Source of the DNA: Camelus dromedarius
Lineage: Eukaryota
Reading direction: 5' to 3'
Assembly (NCBI RefSeq): GCF_036321535.1
Contig: NC_087444.1
Location: 70,494,001 to 70,558,000, forward strand
Length of the DNA: 64,000 bases
Made by a program: the position numbers and the translations under genes
Shown: positions 12,961 through 25,639 of the stretch, in pieces
How positions within the stretch are numbered: position 1 is the first letter of the stretch
How the letters are laid out: every line of letters starts with the position of its first letter
Notes under the pieces: generated by a model
Seen by the model: the letters and a program-made list of their open reading frames with translations, nothing else
What the model was told of the DNA's origin: nothing
Databases searched by the model: none

Positions 12961-14570
12961 AGGGCTGGGGGTGATGGTGAGACTTCAGAGACCTAGGAAA
13001 CAGTGAGACCTGGAGAAAGAAAGAGCAGAAAGCCACTCAAAGGGCGACGGAGGCACACCGGGAGAAGCACAGACTTCTCTCCCTAGAGAGACAGAAACTC
13101 AACAAGAGACCCTAATATACTCATCGCCCCGGGGCCATTTTATTGGAAAAGCAGGTGGTCGAACCCTCATTGTTAGAAAGAAAAAGATGTTTGGTTCAGT
13201 GTCTTTAGTGTCTTTGGGGACTGTTGGGTGGGTGTCTGGTCCCAGAACAACAGATTATTCTGTTAAAGTTTATTTTAAAATCGCTTAAGTATTTTACCAG
13301 GGATGTTTGTCTCTTCTCAGGAAGAAATCATTTTCAAAAAATAATTGTCCATGATACCTTGCCAAATCAGGTTGGGGATCATTTGGCGTCTGTTGGAATG
13401 TGAGCCTCTAAAAACAGCTTTTGTTCATTTACACCAAGGACCCAGAGATGAGAAATTGTCTAGTCATCAAGTGTCTGAAAGTTTGCTCTTTGGAATCATA
13501 TCAGTAGTTAGAATATGGCATCCCACTCTTGTCTGGAGGGTCTAAGTCACTTCATCACAGATACAGAAGGCCGACTCTACCACACCATTTTATATAAGGG
13601 ACTTGCACATTTGCCGATTTTGGTATCCAAGGGGGTCCTAGAACTAATCTCCCATGGATAACAAGGGAGAGGGACAACTGTAACTGTCTCTCCCCCTGTG
13701 TTTAGAGAGACAGCCAGTGCTTCTTCTGTGGTCCGCTCTCCTTAGCTACAGCAAGTCCATAAAACCCTACTTTGTCCCTGGTCGGCTTTATCAAGGGAGA
13801 GATTCAGCCAGCCACTCAGAGACAAGGAAGATGCTCAGAGACTCCGTGATACCAAAAAGAGATCTGGAGAGACTTTCAGAGATGCATGGAGAAATACAGA
13901 GTTGACATGGGATGTTCGTCAAAGAAATATGGTCACAAAGGTACATTTGGAGATTCTAGAAGACTGTGGAGATGGGGAGAGATGTGGGGAGCAGGGAGAA
14001 ATGTGCAGGAAGAAGAAGAAAATCTTTCAGCACTGGGAAACACCCAGATCGAGGAGAAACAGGTATAAAGAACAGCTCAGACTCAAGGAGAGACCTTTGT
14101 TCATTTATTCCTCACATTGAGGTCTCCTGCATGTCTGGCCCAAGCTGGGCAAAGCTGGGGACTCAAGGTGAGTCCTCAGTTTGGTTGGTGGGGGAAAGGG
14201 GTACAGACATCAGTGTTAAAACAAGGAGAGGTACAGAGATTGCCAGGAACTCAGGGAAGGGAGAAATCAAGAAAACAGGGACCCCCAGGTACTCTTTACT
14301 GTGAGAGTCCCCAAATAAGACCTCCTCACACCTAGGGCCCATTCCTAAATAATTTTTGCAGGATTGCTAGACCATTACTTGTCCCTTGAAGGTGTACACA
14401 CCCAGTGGGGGTTTTGTAGGGTCAGCTATGTGATGTTCTAAGAGTTAGAAACTGGCATCACCCTTCCCAGCTGTGTGACCTCGGGCTCAAAACTTAACCA
14501 CTTCTGGGCTTCTGTTTTCTCATCTGTAACTTGCAGTTGAAAATAGCTCCTCTCTCACTGTGAAGATCCA

Positions 14571-15240
14571 AGAAAAGATACATGCACCCCAATGTTCATT
14601 GCAGCATTGTTTACAATTGCCAAGATAACGTCCATCAACAGATGAAAGGATAAAGATATGGTACATATATACAATGGATGACTACTCAGGCATNNNNNNN
14701 NNNNNNNNNNNNNNNNNNNNNNNNNNNNNNNNNNNNNNNNNNNNNNNNNNNNNNNNNNNNNNNNNNNNNNNNNNNNNNNNNNNNNNNNNNNNNNNNNNNN
14801 NNNNNNNNNNNNNNNNNNNNNNNNNNNNNNNNNGGGAATAGCTCAGTGGTAGAGTGTGTGCTTAGCATGCACAAGGTCCTGGTTTCAATATCCATTAAAA
14901 AATGAATACATAAATAAAAACCTAATTGCCCCCCAAAAAACCAAAAAAATTAAAAATAAAACAAACTAGTGAATATAACAAAAAAGAAACAGACTCACAG
15001 TTACAGAGAACAAACTGGTGATTACCAGTGGGGAGACAGAAGATGGAAGCAATACAGGGGTAGGGGATTAAGAGATACAAACTATTAGGTATAAAATAAG
15101 CTATGAGGATATATTGTACAACATGGGGAATATAGCCAATATTTTATTACTTTTAATGGAGTATAACCTTTAAAAATAGTGAATCACTAGATTGTACACG
15201 TGTAATATATAACATTGTACAGTGATTATGTTTCAATTTT
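14571..15240 (+). mobile_element. L1 3' end with gap and nested SINE
   Basis: gaaagatacatgcaccccaatgttcattgcagc… and L1 3'UTR; N run at 14694-14833. Confidence 0.75.
14834..14940 (+). mobile_element. tRNA-Ala-derived SINE inserted in an L1 3' end
   Basis: Same head sequence followed by an A-rich tail containing AACCTAATT; 5' end abuts an N gap. Confidence 0.8.
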
Positions 15241-17549
15241 TAAAAATATCCAATGAGACCACACATGCAAAGAGTTTGGGAAGCACCCAGCACAGAACAA
15301 GTTCTTGGGTATTCTGCTCTCAGGGAGGTGGCTATCATTGTTTCATCACCATCCTTTATTCCTTCCTTCTCTTGCTACTTCCTCCCAATTCATCATTAAG
15401 CCCTGTTAAGTTAACCTCTCCAATCAGGCTGCTTTTCCATCATCACACCCTCTGCCCTAGTCAAAGAGGTAGCCAAGTATGAATGCAAATTACACGAATC
15501 CCAGGGTTAGTTTGCAGAGGTTCAAATCCTGGCCCTGCTACTTCCTGATTGTGTAACCTTGGATAAGTCTTTACACGCCTCATTTTTATCTTCTGTGCGA
15601 CGAAGAGTAGCACCTCCACTTGAAAAACTGTTGTCAGGATTAAATGAATGAACATATACAAAGCACTCAGGACAGTTTCTGATATACAATAAGTGCTGCA
15701 GAAATGCTGGTAATTAATATTATAATTAACATGTAACAGCCACCTCACTGGCTTCTGTGTTCCACTCTGCCTCCCTACATTCCATTTTCCATGCAACAGC
15801 AAGTGAACCTTTTAAAATGTCAATGAAAAAGAGGCAGAAGAGTCACAGCAAACAAATTCAAGTGTGGATCTTGCTTAAATCCTGATTCAAACGAATTAAG
15901 TGTAACAAAAAGATTTTTACGGGATACAATGTATGGCATATGCATATAGCTTCAAAATCACCTGAGAGGAGTGGGTGGGGGAAATGAAACAACCTTGGTC
16001 ATGAGTGGATAACAGTTGAGGTTGGCCAGTTCTATTACTGATGCAGAGAACAATTCTATTACTCTCTTGACTTTTTCTATAGGTTTGAAATAAAATAAAA
16101 CATGGTACTTGGAAAGGAAAAGAAAGATTCAGATGGGACCATGGGGGAAATGTGGTAACATAAAGAAACAAGTCTAAATTTTGAAGGGTGTGATAAAGAT
16201 ACTGTGGTTATGTGTAAAAAAGAAAAAGTGAGTCCTTATTTTTTAGAGACACAGGCTGAAGTGTTTCTGGATGAAATGTCTGGAATTTACTTCAAAATAA
16301 TTTAAGAGGCTCAAGGAAGGGTGTTGGGGGATGATGAAGGAAGACTAGCCATGTTGAACCTAGGTGATGGCTATATGGGGGTTATTTTCATCCCCTCCCT
16401 CTCCTTTTATGTATGTTTGAAACTTTCCATGACCTTAAAAAATGGTAAAAAAAAAAAAAAAAAGACGATATGCAAACCTCAACAAGTTCATATCACTTCC
16501 CATGTTTAAAACTCTCTCTGGGTTTCACAACCAGTTTAGGCCTACTTCCAACTCCGTGACCTCAAGTTCACATTTTCCCCATCATTCTGTCTTCCCATCA
16601 GAGAGGGCCTGATTACTAATTCTTTCAAGTAATCACTTGACATAGATTTCTTGGACACCTACTATGTGCTCAGCCTTGTTGTGGATGCTGGGCACAGGGA
16701 GATGAACAAGAGAGAGAAGTTGTCCATCTTAACAGAGCATGCATTCTGTGAAGACAGGTATACAGGGTTAAGCACACACAAGGGGGATGAGACAACAGAA
16801 GGATGGAGGAAAGGAGGGACTCTATGAGCTGAGGGTGGGGCAGGGGAGGCCTTCTGTAGTGTTAATGTTTGGGCCAAGATCTGAGGCAGGGAGTTAGGCA
16901 GGCAAAGTGATGAAGAAGGAACTTGTGGGGACAGAAGGCACAGCTAGTGTAAAGGCCATGAGGTAGGCTTGACCATGGCATGTACAAGAAATGGAAGGAA
17001 GATCAGTGAGTTTGGAGCATGACGTGACAGATAGGAGAGATGCCCTGAACACAGCATAATCCTTCCCATCTTGGGGTCTGTGCACTTGTGTCCTGGGACA
17101 ACCGTGACCCTGCCATGGCTTAGTTCAATGCACAATAAAAACAAAAAGTAATATTGATAACATTTATTGAGCACTGTAAGCACTGTTCTGAACACTTTTC
17201 ATTGGTTACTGAATTTAATCTTAACAACCCTCCATTTTATAAATGAGGAAGCCCAGGCCTAGAAAGACTTGCCCAAGGTCACACAGCTGGAAAGTGGCAG
17301 AGCCAAGATTTCAAAGCAGTTACTCATGCAATCTGGCTCCAGAGCCCAAATAATCTTTCCGTACAACTCCCACGGCTCCCAGGGCTTGCCGGACTTTGTG
17401 AATTATCAGGCTGAAGACCCACCCACGAGGGGTGGTTTGCAGGCACTTCACGGTTATTCCTGTGCTGGGCGGGAAGGTGCACCGTCACTTCCCAGGGGAA
17501 GGGTGACACGCATGCCTCTCTCGGCCTGGTACCAGGAGCTCTAGCCAGG

Positions 17550-18300
17550 CACCAGGTCTTGGGCACCTGGGGACCGCCGCCCTCCCCGCCGCCGGGCCGT
17601 AGCATTGGGGTGGGGGTGGAGGGCTAAGAATCCTGAATCGCCCAATGGCGAAGAGTGCCGAGCGCTGTGCAAATAACGTGACTGTCTTTGGGCGTCAGCT
17701 CGTTCAGAGCCCAGAGTCCCGCTCCGCCCTCTCTCGAAGAAATGGCTAGACTTTTTTTTAGCCAACGCCTTGAGTGGTAGAATAGGCAGCGGGCTCTTGA
17801 AGCTGATTAGGGATACGGAATTCTCTAAAAGAAAGGGGACATAGAAAAAGGAAAGCTGCATACGCTGCGCGCTGTCTCAGTGGTTTCTGAGTTAGGTTCC
17901 CCCATGTTAGCTTCTACACGTGGTTGACTCCCGTCAGCCACCGTAGGCCCCACAAGCAGCGGTACACTTTCCTCCGGTCCTTCGACCGTTAGCTCTGCGC
18001 TTGCTCACCAGCTTGCCTTGCCTTACGCACCTACCCCCTCCTTCCATTCCGTCTCCCTCGCAGCAGCCTCCGCGGGCCGGGACTGCGCATGCGTACTGAC
18101 ACCCCCACCGACCTGGCGTGGGAGGAGGGGATGGAAATGAGGCTGGGCCCAGCGGCTCGCGCGCGCTCCCTCCCTTGCCCTCCCGTTGCAGGCCAGGCGG
18201 TGCAGCTCCGCGGCGTCCGAAGGCAGCGCCGCAGCGGCCGCGGCTGCCGCGGGAGGGGCCCAGAGCCCCGCCCCCGGGGAGGGGCCGTCCGCAGGTGAGG
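17550..18300 (+). promoter_or_regulatory. ZNF575 CpG-island promoter / first exon
   Basis: CpG island; NRF1 consensus TGCGCATGCG at 18084-18093; strong donor CAG|GTGAGG at 18294/18295. Confidence 0.7.
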
Positions 18301-18577
18301 GGGAGGCAGGGATCTGGGCCCGGACACCTGGGTTTTCGAGAAATGGATTGCGGGCTGGACATCAGAACTCCCGGAAAGGGATCTACTGGGTCCTGATGCA
18401 TAGGTCCCGGAGGGGCTGCATCGGGTGCCTGAGCTTTGGGAGGGTGCATTAGTACCCGAATGTCATGCTCCCAAGGGGTTCGTTGAGGCCCGGACGCTTA
18501 GGACCCCGAGGGGGAAATCCATTAGGGGTCTCTGGATCGCAGCACACTAGCCACGCTCATTCTGTGTCTTCTTCCAG

Positions 18578-18687
18578 GTCTCCCCTCTACCCTCCCCGGC
18601 TCCAGCTCCATACCGGGGATGAAACTTGGCGACAAGAAGGAGGGAGTTCACACGGCGTCAATGGACTGAGACTAAGCCAAGCGCCCG
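18578..18687 (+). other. ZNF575: Probable ZNF575 upstream exon 2 (5'UTR, or coding in a long isoform)
   Basis: Pyrimidine tract plus TTCCAG acceptor at 18577; donor CCG|GTAAAG at 18688; 110 bp and open in the frame that joins the main CDS. Confidence 0.55.
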
Positions 18688-19161
18688 GTAAAGCTACCTA
18701 ATCCCGCCCACTGAGCGCGTAGGCTCCTCCCCTGGGGCAGAGTTGCTGAGCAACCGACTTTGAGTCCTGTTTGTATAGCTCCACCAATCCCTGTCTTAGG
18801 TTCCGCGGCCGGTCCCTCAGTCTCTGGACATAGGCCCCGCCCACTCCGCGCTCTTGAAGGCCCCGAGTTAAAGTTGTAGAGGCCCCGCCTACTCCACTCG
18901 AAGGCCCAAACCCTGGGACTAAGTTCCAAATGTACTGCTTCTGGTCGGGTTTGCATAACCCCGCCCACTGTACTCTTAGGCCCCGCCTTCCCGCAGCGCC
19001 CATCCTCCCTTTATAGAATTCCAGACTTAAATAGACCCTGCTCCAAAGCAGACTGACCCCTGACTATAGGCCCTCTATCCCTATCCCCAACAGCCTAATA
19101 ACCACCGGCGTCACCTCCTCTCCCGCCCTAGGCCCTCCCTGTAGGTTCCTGGGTCAGCAAG

Positions 19162-19243
19162 ATGCAGGAGCGCGATGTGGAGTCTGCGGCCGGGGTCACG
19201 GATCCTAGTCCCACTGGCAAGGAGCCTGTGACCAAGAGAGAAG
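19162..19243 (+). CDS. ZNF575: ZNF575 first canonical coding exon
   Basis: MQERDVESAAGVTDPSPTGKEPVTKRE resembles human MLERGAESAAGATDPSPTGKEPVTKE; acceptor at 19144, donor AAG|GTGAGC. Confidence 0.9.
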
Positions 19244-19725
19244 GTGAGCGCGGCCCCATCTGTGGGTAGGGGTCATTTTTCAGGAATTGGGACTAAGAAG
19301 GAATCTCAGGGTGAAAGTTTAAGGGCTCAGGGTGATAACCATTTCGGATCCCAGAAACGCGACATTCTGGGGAGTCCTCCAGGTAGTCTTTGGGGATCTC
19401 AGCGATCACTTCTAGGGCTCAAGAAATTACAGGAGGGACAGGGGAGATGACATGAAGGATTTCCGGGTGATCACTTGGGAAGATACTAGAAACGGACATC
19501 TTAGCTTCGGGGAAGCCTCAGCTCTGGGGTCCAGCTAGGTAACCCTTTGGAGTCTCTTAGGATGATGCATGGCAGAGGGGTGAGGGGCAGGAATATGCCA
19601 TTTGGGGAATCTCGCTGATTCTTGAGGTGCCCAGGTACACTGGAATATCAAGGTCGAAGGGGAGAGCGGTCTAGACTCAGGGCGTTGGCTGCTTCCTGGA
19701 GCCCACCAACCCTCCTGTCCCCTAG

Positions 19726-20384
19726 CTCCCGACCAGGGCCTGACGCAGAAGCCCAGCCAGTCGGTTCCAGGGCCCGACACATCCGCGGGGGCGCCTTCCC
19801 GACCCCGCCGGCGGCCCCCGCCCCAGCGCCCGCACCGCTGCCCCGACTGTGACAAGGCCTTCTCATACCCGTCCAAGCTGGCCACGCACCGGTTGGCGCA
19901 CGGCGGCGCCCGCCCCCACCCGTGCCCCGACTGCCCCAAGGCCTTCTCCTACCCCTCCAAGCTGGCAGCCCATCGCCTCACGCACAGCGGCGCCCGCCCC
20001 CACCCGTGCCCGCACTGCCCAAAGGCCTTTGGCCACCGATCCAAGCTGGCAGCCCACCTCTGGACCCACGCGCCCGCCCGCCCCTACCCGTGCCCCGACT
20101 GCCCCAAGTCCTTCTGCTACCCCTCCAAGCTGGCAGCCCACCGCCACACGCACCATGCCACGGACGCCCGCCCCTATCCTTGCCCACACTGCCCCAAGGC
20201 TTTTTCATTCCCCTCCAAGCTGGCCGCCCATCGCCTATGTCACGATCCCCCCACCGCACCGGGCAGCCAGGCCACTGCCCGGCATCGCTGCTCCAGCTGC
20301 GGCCAGGCATTTGGCCAGAGACGCCTCCTACTCCTTCACCAACGAAGCCACCACCAGGCTGAGAGCCAGGGGGAGCGGGAGTGA
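19726..20384 (+). CDS. ZNF575: ZNF575 last exon, six C2H2 zinc fingers
   Basis: Acceptor CCTAG at 19725; repeats of CPxCPKAFxxPSKLAxH-H; ends GERE-TGA; 246 aa with the preceding exon; AATAAA at 20430-20435. Confidence 0.96.
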
Positions 20385-21740
20385 GCCCACCCCTTGGCTC
20401 GCTGGCTCCCTCTGCCGCCAGCCCCGATCAATAAAGAGGTGGCATCTCTAAGCCTGTATGGACTTGCCTCTTGCAGATAGCCGGAAGGGAGGTTGGCCCC
20501 ACACTGGCTCTAACTTAGAAGGCGGAGGACCTCGTTGTTTCGGGGTGGGGTTGGGAAGGGAAAGCGCCATCCACAGAGTTAGTCCTGGGCCCCAAACCAT
20601 GGACCTGGAGGTGTGGTTTGAAAGCCCTGGCTCTGGTTTTTCCCACTTAATCATATGGCAAGGTTAAAACACCTGTGGGCATCGTGTGCTGAAGAGTGTG
20701 GGGAAACAGGTTCTCTCCTTATTGTTGGGAGTTTAAATTAGTGCCTGCACTTTGGCCATTGACTGTATCTATAAGAAACAAAATGCACATATGCTCATGT
20801 CACCTATCGCACTTCTAGGAATTTATCCTTTAGATAAACTCAAACACGTGAAAAAAGGTATGAGAGTAAGCATGTTCACTGCAGTGTGGAGGCTGTGGCC
20901 AAAGACGGGAAACAGCCTGAATGCCCATCAGTAGGGGACCAGCTAAGGAATTCCAGTTCGGCCAGAGAATGGAAGATGTAGCTGTAGGGGAAAAAACTGC
21001 AGCTCTACATGTACTGACATGGAAGGATTCCCAAGATAATACTAAGCGATAAAAGCAAGAACAAAGAGGTATACTACCGATAGCATAAAAATCTTTTTAA
21101 AGCCTGAGCTTTGGCGCCAGCCCTGACCCACTACTTAAGAGCCTCAGGGTCGCAGACAAGCTCTGTCACATCTCCAGACTTAGATGCCTTATCTATAAAA
21201 CGAGAGTGTTATAGGGCCTCCACAAGCATCATCTCAGGCAGACAGTTCCCCTCTTGGAGCCTGTTTCTCCAGCTGTAAAACAAGGATAACTGAGCTGATT
21301 TTGGACTGTTCTTCATTCTACAGATGTGTATTAAGCAGGTACTGTGTGCAGGGCCGCACACAGGGTGTTAGGAACACAGCAGTGGGCCAGACAGATCTGG
21401 TCTAGTGAGGGAAGTGGACACCAGTCAAGTCGTGGCAAAAACAAGGTAAAGGAGCCGAGTCCACTTTGAAAATCAAGTAGGGAGCCTTGTCTCCCCTCTC
21501 ACCAAGAATGATTACAAAGCTGTGGTAATGAGGCTGGTGGTGCAGGCTAGTGGGAGGGCACTGAGCGCTCAGATACAGACCTGTGCTTATGAGGCATTCT
21601 CATAAAACCTTATTTACAAAAATAGTAGATGGGCTGGATTTTGCCTGTGGACTGTGGTTTGCCAGCCCCTCCTGTAGACGAGTTGGGAAAGGATAGGCTG
21701 ATCTGTGAATGAGCTGATAGGGAAGAAAATTAAATGGGAT

Positions 21741-22200
21741 CCTGTGGTAGGCAGAATGATGGTCCCCTCAAAGCTGCTCCTAATCCCCAGAACCAGTATG
21801 TTGGCACACACGTGGCAGAAGGGACTTTGCAGATGTGCTGGAGGGTCTTATGTTGAGATGGGAGATGATCCTGATTATTCCAGTAGGCCCAATGGAATCA
21901 CAAGGGTCCTTACAGGGGAAAGAGTGGAAGAATCAGAGTGGGAGATGTGACAATGGAAGCAGAGACTGGAGTGATGCGGGGCCAAGAGTCAAGGACTGCA
22001 GGCGGCTTTTAGATGCTAGAAGAGGCAATGGATCCTCATTTAGGGATTACAGAAGGAACATAGCCCAGCCGGCACCATGATTTTAGCCCACTCAGACTGA
22101 CTTTGGACTACCAATCTCCAGAACTGTAAGAAAATAAATATGTGTTGTTTAAAGCCACTACGCTTGAGGTAGTTTGTTACAGCAGCGTAGAAACTGACAA
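21741..22200 (+). mobile_element. MLT1-type MaLR LTR
   Basis: TGTGGTAGGCAGAATGATGG…GTTTGTTACAGCAGC termini. Confidence 0.7.
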
Positions 22201-23116
22201 AGATCTCTACCCCAAGAGCACACACAAAAATAAGTTTCCAGTGACCTAAGATCTGAGTTTGAAAGACAAAACTCTAAAGCATTTAGATGGAAATAAAGGA
22301 GAATATCATAGTAACCTCAGAGGTAGACAAAGTTATCGTTTAAGACACAAAAAGTACAAATTGTAAAGACTGGTATATGTGACCATAAGCAAACCAAGTT
22401 ACAAACTATGAGATACACACAGTATTACAAGGGTGTATACCTGGCATTTCCTGTTAGACAGAGGGTTAGGAAAGACCTTGAGGAACTACTGTTTGAGCTC
22501 ATATCAGAAATGGAGGACAGGATGAGATGGTTTGTGGAATCCCCAGCAGAAGGATGGAACCAATTAGGCTGAGGGACCGGGGGCTACTCAGCAAGGCCTT
22601 GGGGGAGGAGAAGGATCCCTCCTGCAAACCCGGCAGTATGGCTTGTGTCCTGGAAGATTTCCTCCAAAGCAACCACTACCATCAGCGTTTCGAGGACACA
22701 AATTCATTTGAGAGGTGCCGATCTGGTCCAACCTTACCTGGTCCAGATGCGAAAGCTGAGGGTTAAGAGAGATGGGATTTGGCCACAACCAAACCAGGGG
22801 GCAGCGTGGAGTCAGGGTGGATGCTGGGCCTCCTGACAAAGCCCTGCTGCTCTTTGCACGTGTTCTGCCTGAGGACCTTTGCACTTGCTTTTCCTCTGCC
22901 TGGAATGGCTCCCCCACCCCCTCCCTTACTTCTCCCAAGTGCCTGCAGAGGGGTGAGTCCTGAGTCGCCTTCCCTGATGACCCTATCACTCTACTCTCTG
23001 TATGACACTGCCCTGCTTTTTCTGCTCATGTAGCATTTATCACTGCCCAACGCTGCAGGGCACCCACCATCTCTCTCCTCCAGCAAAACCTCAGCCCCTT
23101 AAAAGCAGGGACTCAT

Positions 23117-23302
23117 AGAGTGGAGGGTATAGCTCAGTGGTAGAGCACATGCTTAGCATGCACGAGGTCCTGGGTTCAGTCCCCAGTACCTCCATTAAAT
23201 AAATAAATAAACAAATAAATAAATAAACAAACAAACCTAATTACCTTCTCTCCCCTACAAAAAATAATTTAAAAATCTAAAATATTAAAAAATAAATAAA
23301 AT
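23117..23302 (+). mobile_element. tRNA-Ala-derived SINE, best-preserved copy
   Basis: 72-nt head at 23123-23194; (TAAA)n tail; TSD CAGGGACTCAT at 23106-23116 and 23303-23313. Confidence 0.9.
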
Positions 23303-23363
23303 CAGGGACTCATGTCTGTTTTTTCACACATCTGAGCTCCATGTGTTTCACACGTGGTAAGCG

Positions 23364-23790
23364 TGGTTGGCAGAATAATGGCCTCCCACAGATGCTCACG
23401 TCCTAATCCCTGGAACCTACGAATATGTTACATGGCAAAGGTGAATTAAGGCAGCAAAGGAATTAAGGTTGTTAATCGGCTGACTTTAAAACAAGGAGAT
23501 TATCCCAGGTTATCCGGGCAGGTGCAGTGTAATCAGCAGGATCTTTAAGCGTGGAAAATGAGACAGAAATCAGTGTCAGTGATACAGCCTGAGACTCAAC
23601 TGGCTGCTGCTGGCTTTGAAGATGGAAGATGAATGGAACGTAGGCAGCTGCTAGAAACTAGAAGATACCAGAACAAAGACTGTCTCCCGAAGCCTCTGGA
23701 AGGAGAGCAGCCCTGCCAACACACTGATGTTTAGCCTAGTGTGCCAGACCTAGAGTTACACATTTCTTTTGTTAAGATACTAAGTTTGTG
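23364..23790 (+). mobile_element. MLT1-type MaLR LTR
   Basis: TGGTTGGCAGAATAATGGCCTCCCACAGATG…TAAGTTTGTGGAAATTTG. Confidence 0.65.
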
Positions 23791-24245
23791 GAAATTTGCT
23801 ACCTGGCTCTGACCCTGCCCTTTGCGCTACGACCTCTTCCTGACCTTCCCACTCCCAGGATGAAGTCCAAGCTTCTCGGCCTGCTGTCCACAGCCCTTTG
23901 GGACAGCCCTGTCTTCTTGCTTTCTACAGTGACGGCAATGTTCTCCATTTGTGCTGTCCAGCCCAGCAGCCAGTGAGCTGTGACCAGTGTGACTGGGGAA
24001 GTGAATTCTTCCTTTCATTTCATTGTTGTTAAGTTTAAATAGCCACCTGTGGCCACTGGCTACTGCACTAGATGACATAGCTACACGGACTGGGCCCACC
24101 TTTCCAGCTACATCTATCCCTAAAGCCTTGTCACCAAAGGGGCAACGCTCCTTCAACTGCCCCCAGGCACCAGGGTGGTTCCCACTTCCTGGCCTTCACC
24201 CACACTGTGGCCCCTGCCAGAACGCCTTCTCATCTTCTACACTGA

Positions 24246-24326
24246 TTTTTTTTTAATGGAGGTACAGGGGACTGAACCTCGTGCATGCTAAGCACACACT
24301 CTACCACTGAGCTATACCATGCCCCC
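24246..24326 (-). mobile_element. tRNA-Ala-derived SINE with a short internal deletion
   Basis: Reverse-complement head; TSD CTAC(A/T)CTGATT at 24237-24247 and 24327-24337. Confidence 0.82.
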
Positions 24327-24961
24327 CTACTCTGATTCTCTAACACCCAGCTCAGTTCCCACCTTGAATATGGTGCAGCCTTGAAGGGGGTTCAGGATTT
24401 GGGTGGGTTGATTAAAGTGCCCATTCCCGCATTTCTACCTCCCAAAAGAGATGATGTAAAACTAGGCTGATAATGGTTACCCAGCTACTTCTGAGAGCCC
24501 TGGAGAAAGGGAGATGTCCCTGGCCCAGGGGAGCTGAGACTTCAAGAGAGAGGCTCACGCCCTGAGCATCCTGGACTGCAGCCCAGGACCCACAGAGGGA
24601 CAACCAAGACACAGGAATGCGCTCAGAGCATCAGAACCAGCAGAGGGGTGGTGCCGAGCATCAGATTCCCAATTCCCTGCCACCTGCCACCATAGGGATG
24701 AGGGGCCAGGGAGAAGTGACAAAGAACTCCTCCCCTACCAGACCCGGATAGAGAGCCCTTTGTTCTTCCGGGACCCCAGCGCAGGAGTCACCAGGCAGTC
24801 GGAAGACCTGGCTCTCAGAGGGGAAGAAAAACCAAACAAAAGACTGAAAGCTGGGAGCCTATTGGGGGTTCTGGGAGACTCAAGTGAGAGGGACAGCTGC
24901 TCCAAACCAAGTCACCTTTATTAACCTCGTGTGTGTGTACACGTGCGCACAAGCATATGCT

Positions 24962-25075
24962 TCAGGCCTGGGGCACCACCCCGTAGAGCTGGTAGGGAAG
25001 TAACTTCTGCTTCTCGTTGCAGCTGTAAATCCATCGGGGACGGACGAACACCAAGGAGGGATTGTCCATCAAGGC
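24962..25075 (-). CDS. XRCC1: XRCC1 exon 17 (end of BRCT2, stop)
   Basis: ALMDNPSLVFVRPRWIYSCNEKQKLLPYQLYGVVPQA*; polyA signal AATAAA on the - strand at 24917-24922. Confidence 0.97.
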   Translation of the reverse strand, partial: ALMDNPSLVFVRPRWIYSCNEKQKLLPYQLYGVVPQA

Positions 25076-25168
25076 CTGCGTTGTTGGGTGGGGCACACAC
25101 GGGAACTGGTGAGCCAGGAGGGGATGGAGGGGATGCGAAGGCAGGTTGGGTCTCCCTCTGGGACTCAC

Positions 25169-25244
25169 CTCCTCAAAGCTGGGGTCCCACTCCTGTGCCG
25201 TGATCACAAACTGGACCCGGTCGCTCATATAGTCCTCAAGCTCC
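25169..25244 (-). CDS. XRCC1: XRCC1 exon 16
   Basis: 76 bp, ELEDYMSDRVQFVITAQEWDPSFEE; AG/GTGAGT boundaries. Confidence 0.96.
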
Positions 25245-25639
25245 CTGGCAGGAGGCAGAAAGAGGCAGAGAATCGGTGTCCCCCTTCCCCCTCTTGAAAC
25301 CCTACTCCCCAACCATCCTCAAAGGCCATCCTCTCTCTGTCCCCACCTATGTCCCCTATGGACCACCTGTGGGTCCCCCACTCTCCCACGTGCCACTTTT
25401 GCCACAGCCACAAAACTGGCAGCTCCCACTGTCACCAGTCCTTCCAGAAGGGTGGTGGGGAGCCAGCCGTACTTTGGAGAAGAGGAAAGCAGAGGAAGCT
25501 GTGCATCCAGGGCCACTGGGCAGAGCGAGCAGGCTGGCATCAGGCTCCATGGCCTGTGCCCATCCTGCAGGACATGCCCCTTCGCCATCCTCCGAGTGGC
25601 CTTCCTCAACCTAACACACCCCCTCCCCCGGAGACTGAC

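Noticed and set aside
13501-13558. Possible C/D-box snoRNA on the - strand (GTGATGA…CTGA)
   Set aside because: No convincing terminal stem, not inside a host intron I can define, and I recognise no rRNA guide; such motifs arise by chance.
19849-20451. 200-aa repetitive ORF overlapping ZNF575 in another frame, plus other frames and strands there
   Set aside because: It starts at GTG and its periodicity mirrors the zinc-finger repeats; it is a shadow frame in GC-rich coding DNA.
23123-23194. Functional tRNA-Ala gene
   Set aside because: Mutated T-loop, A-rich tail and TSD mark it as a SINE copy.
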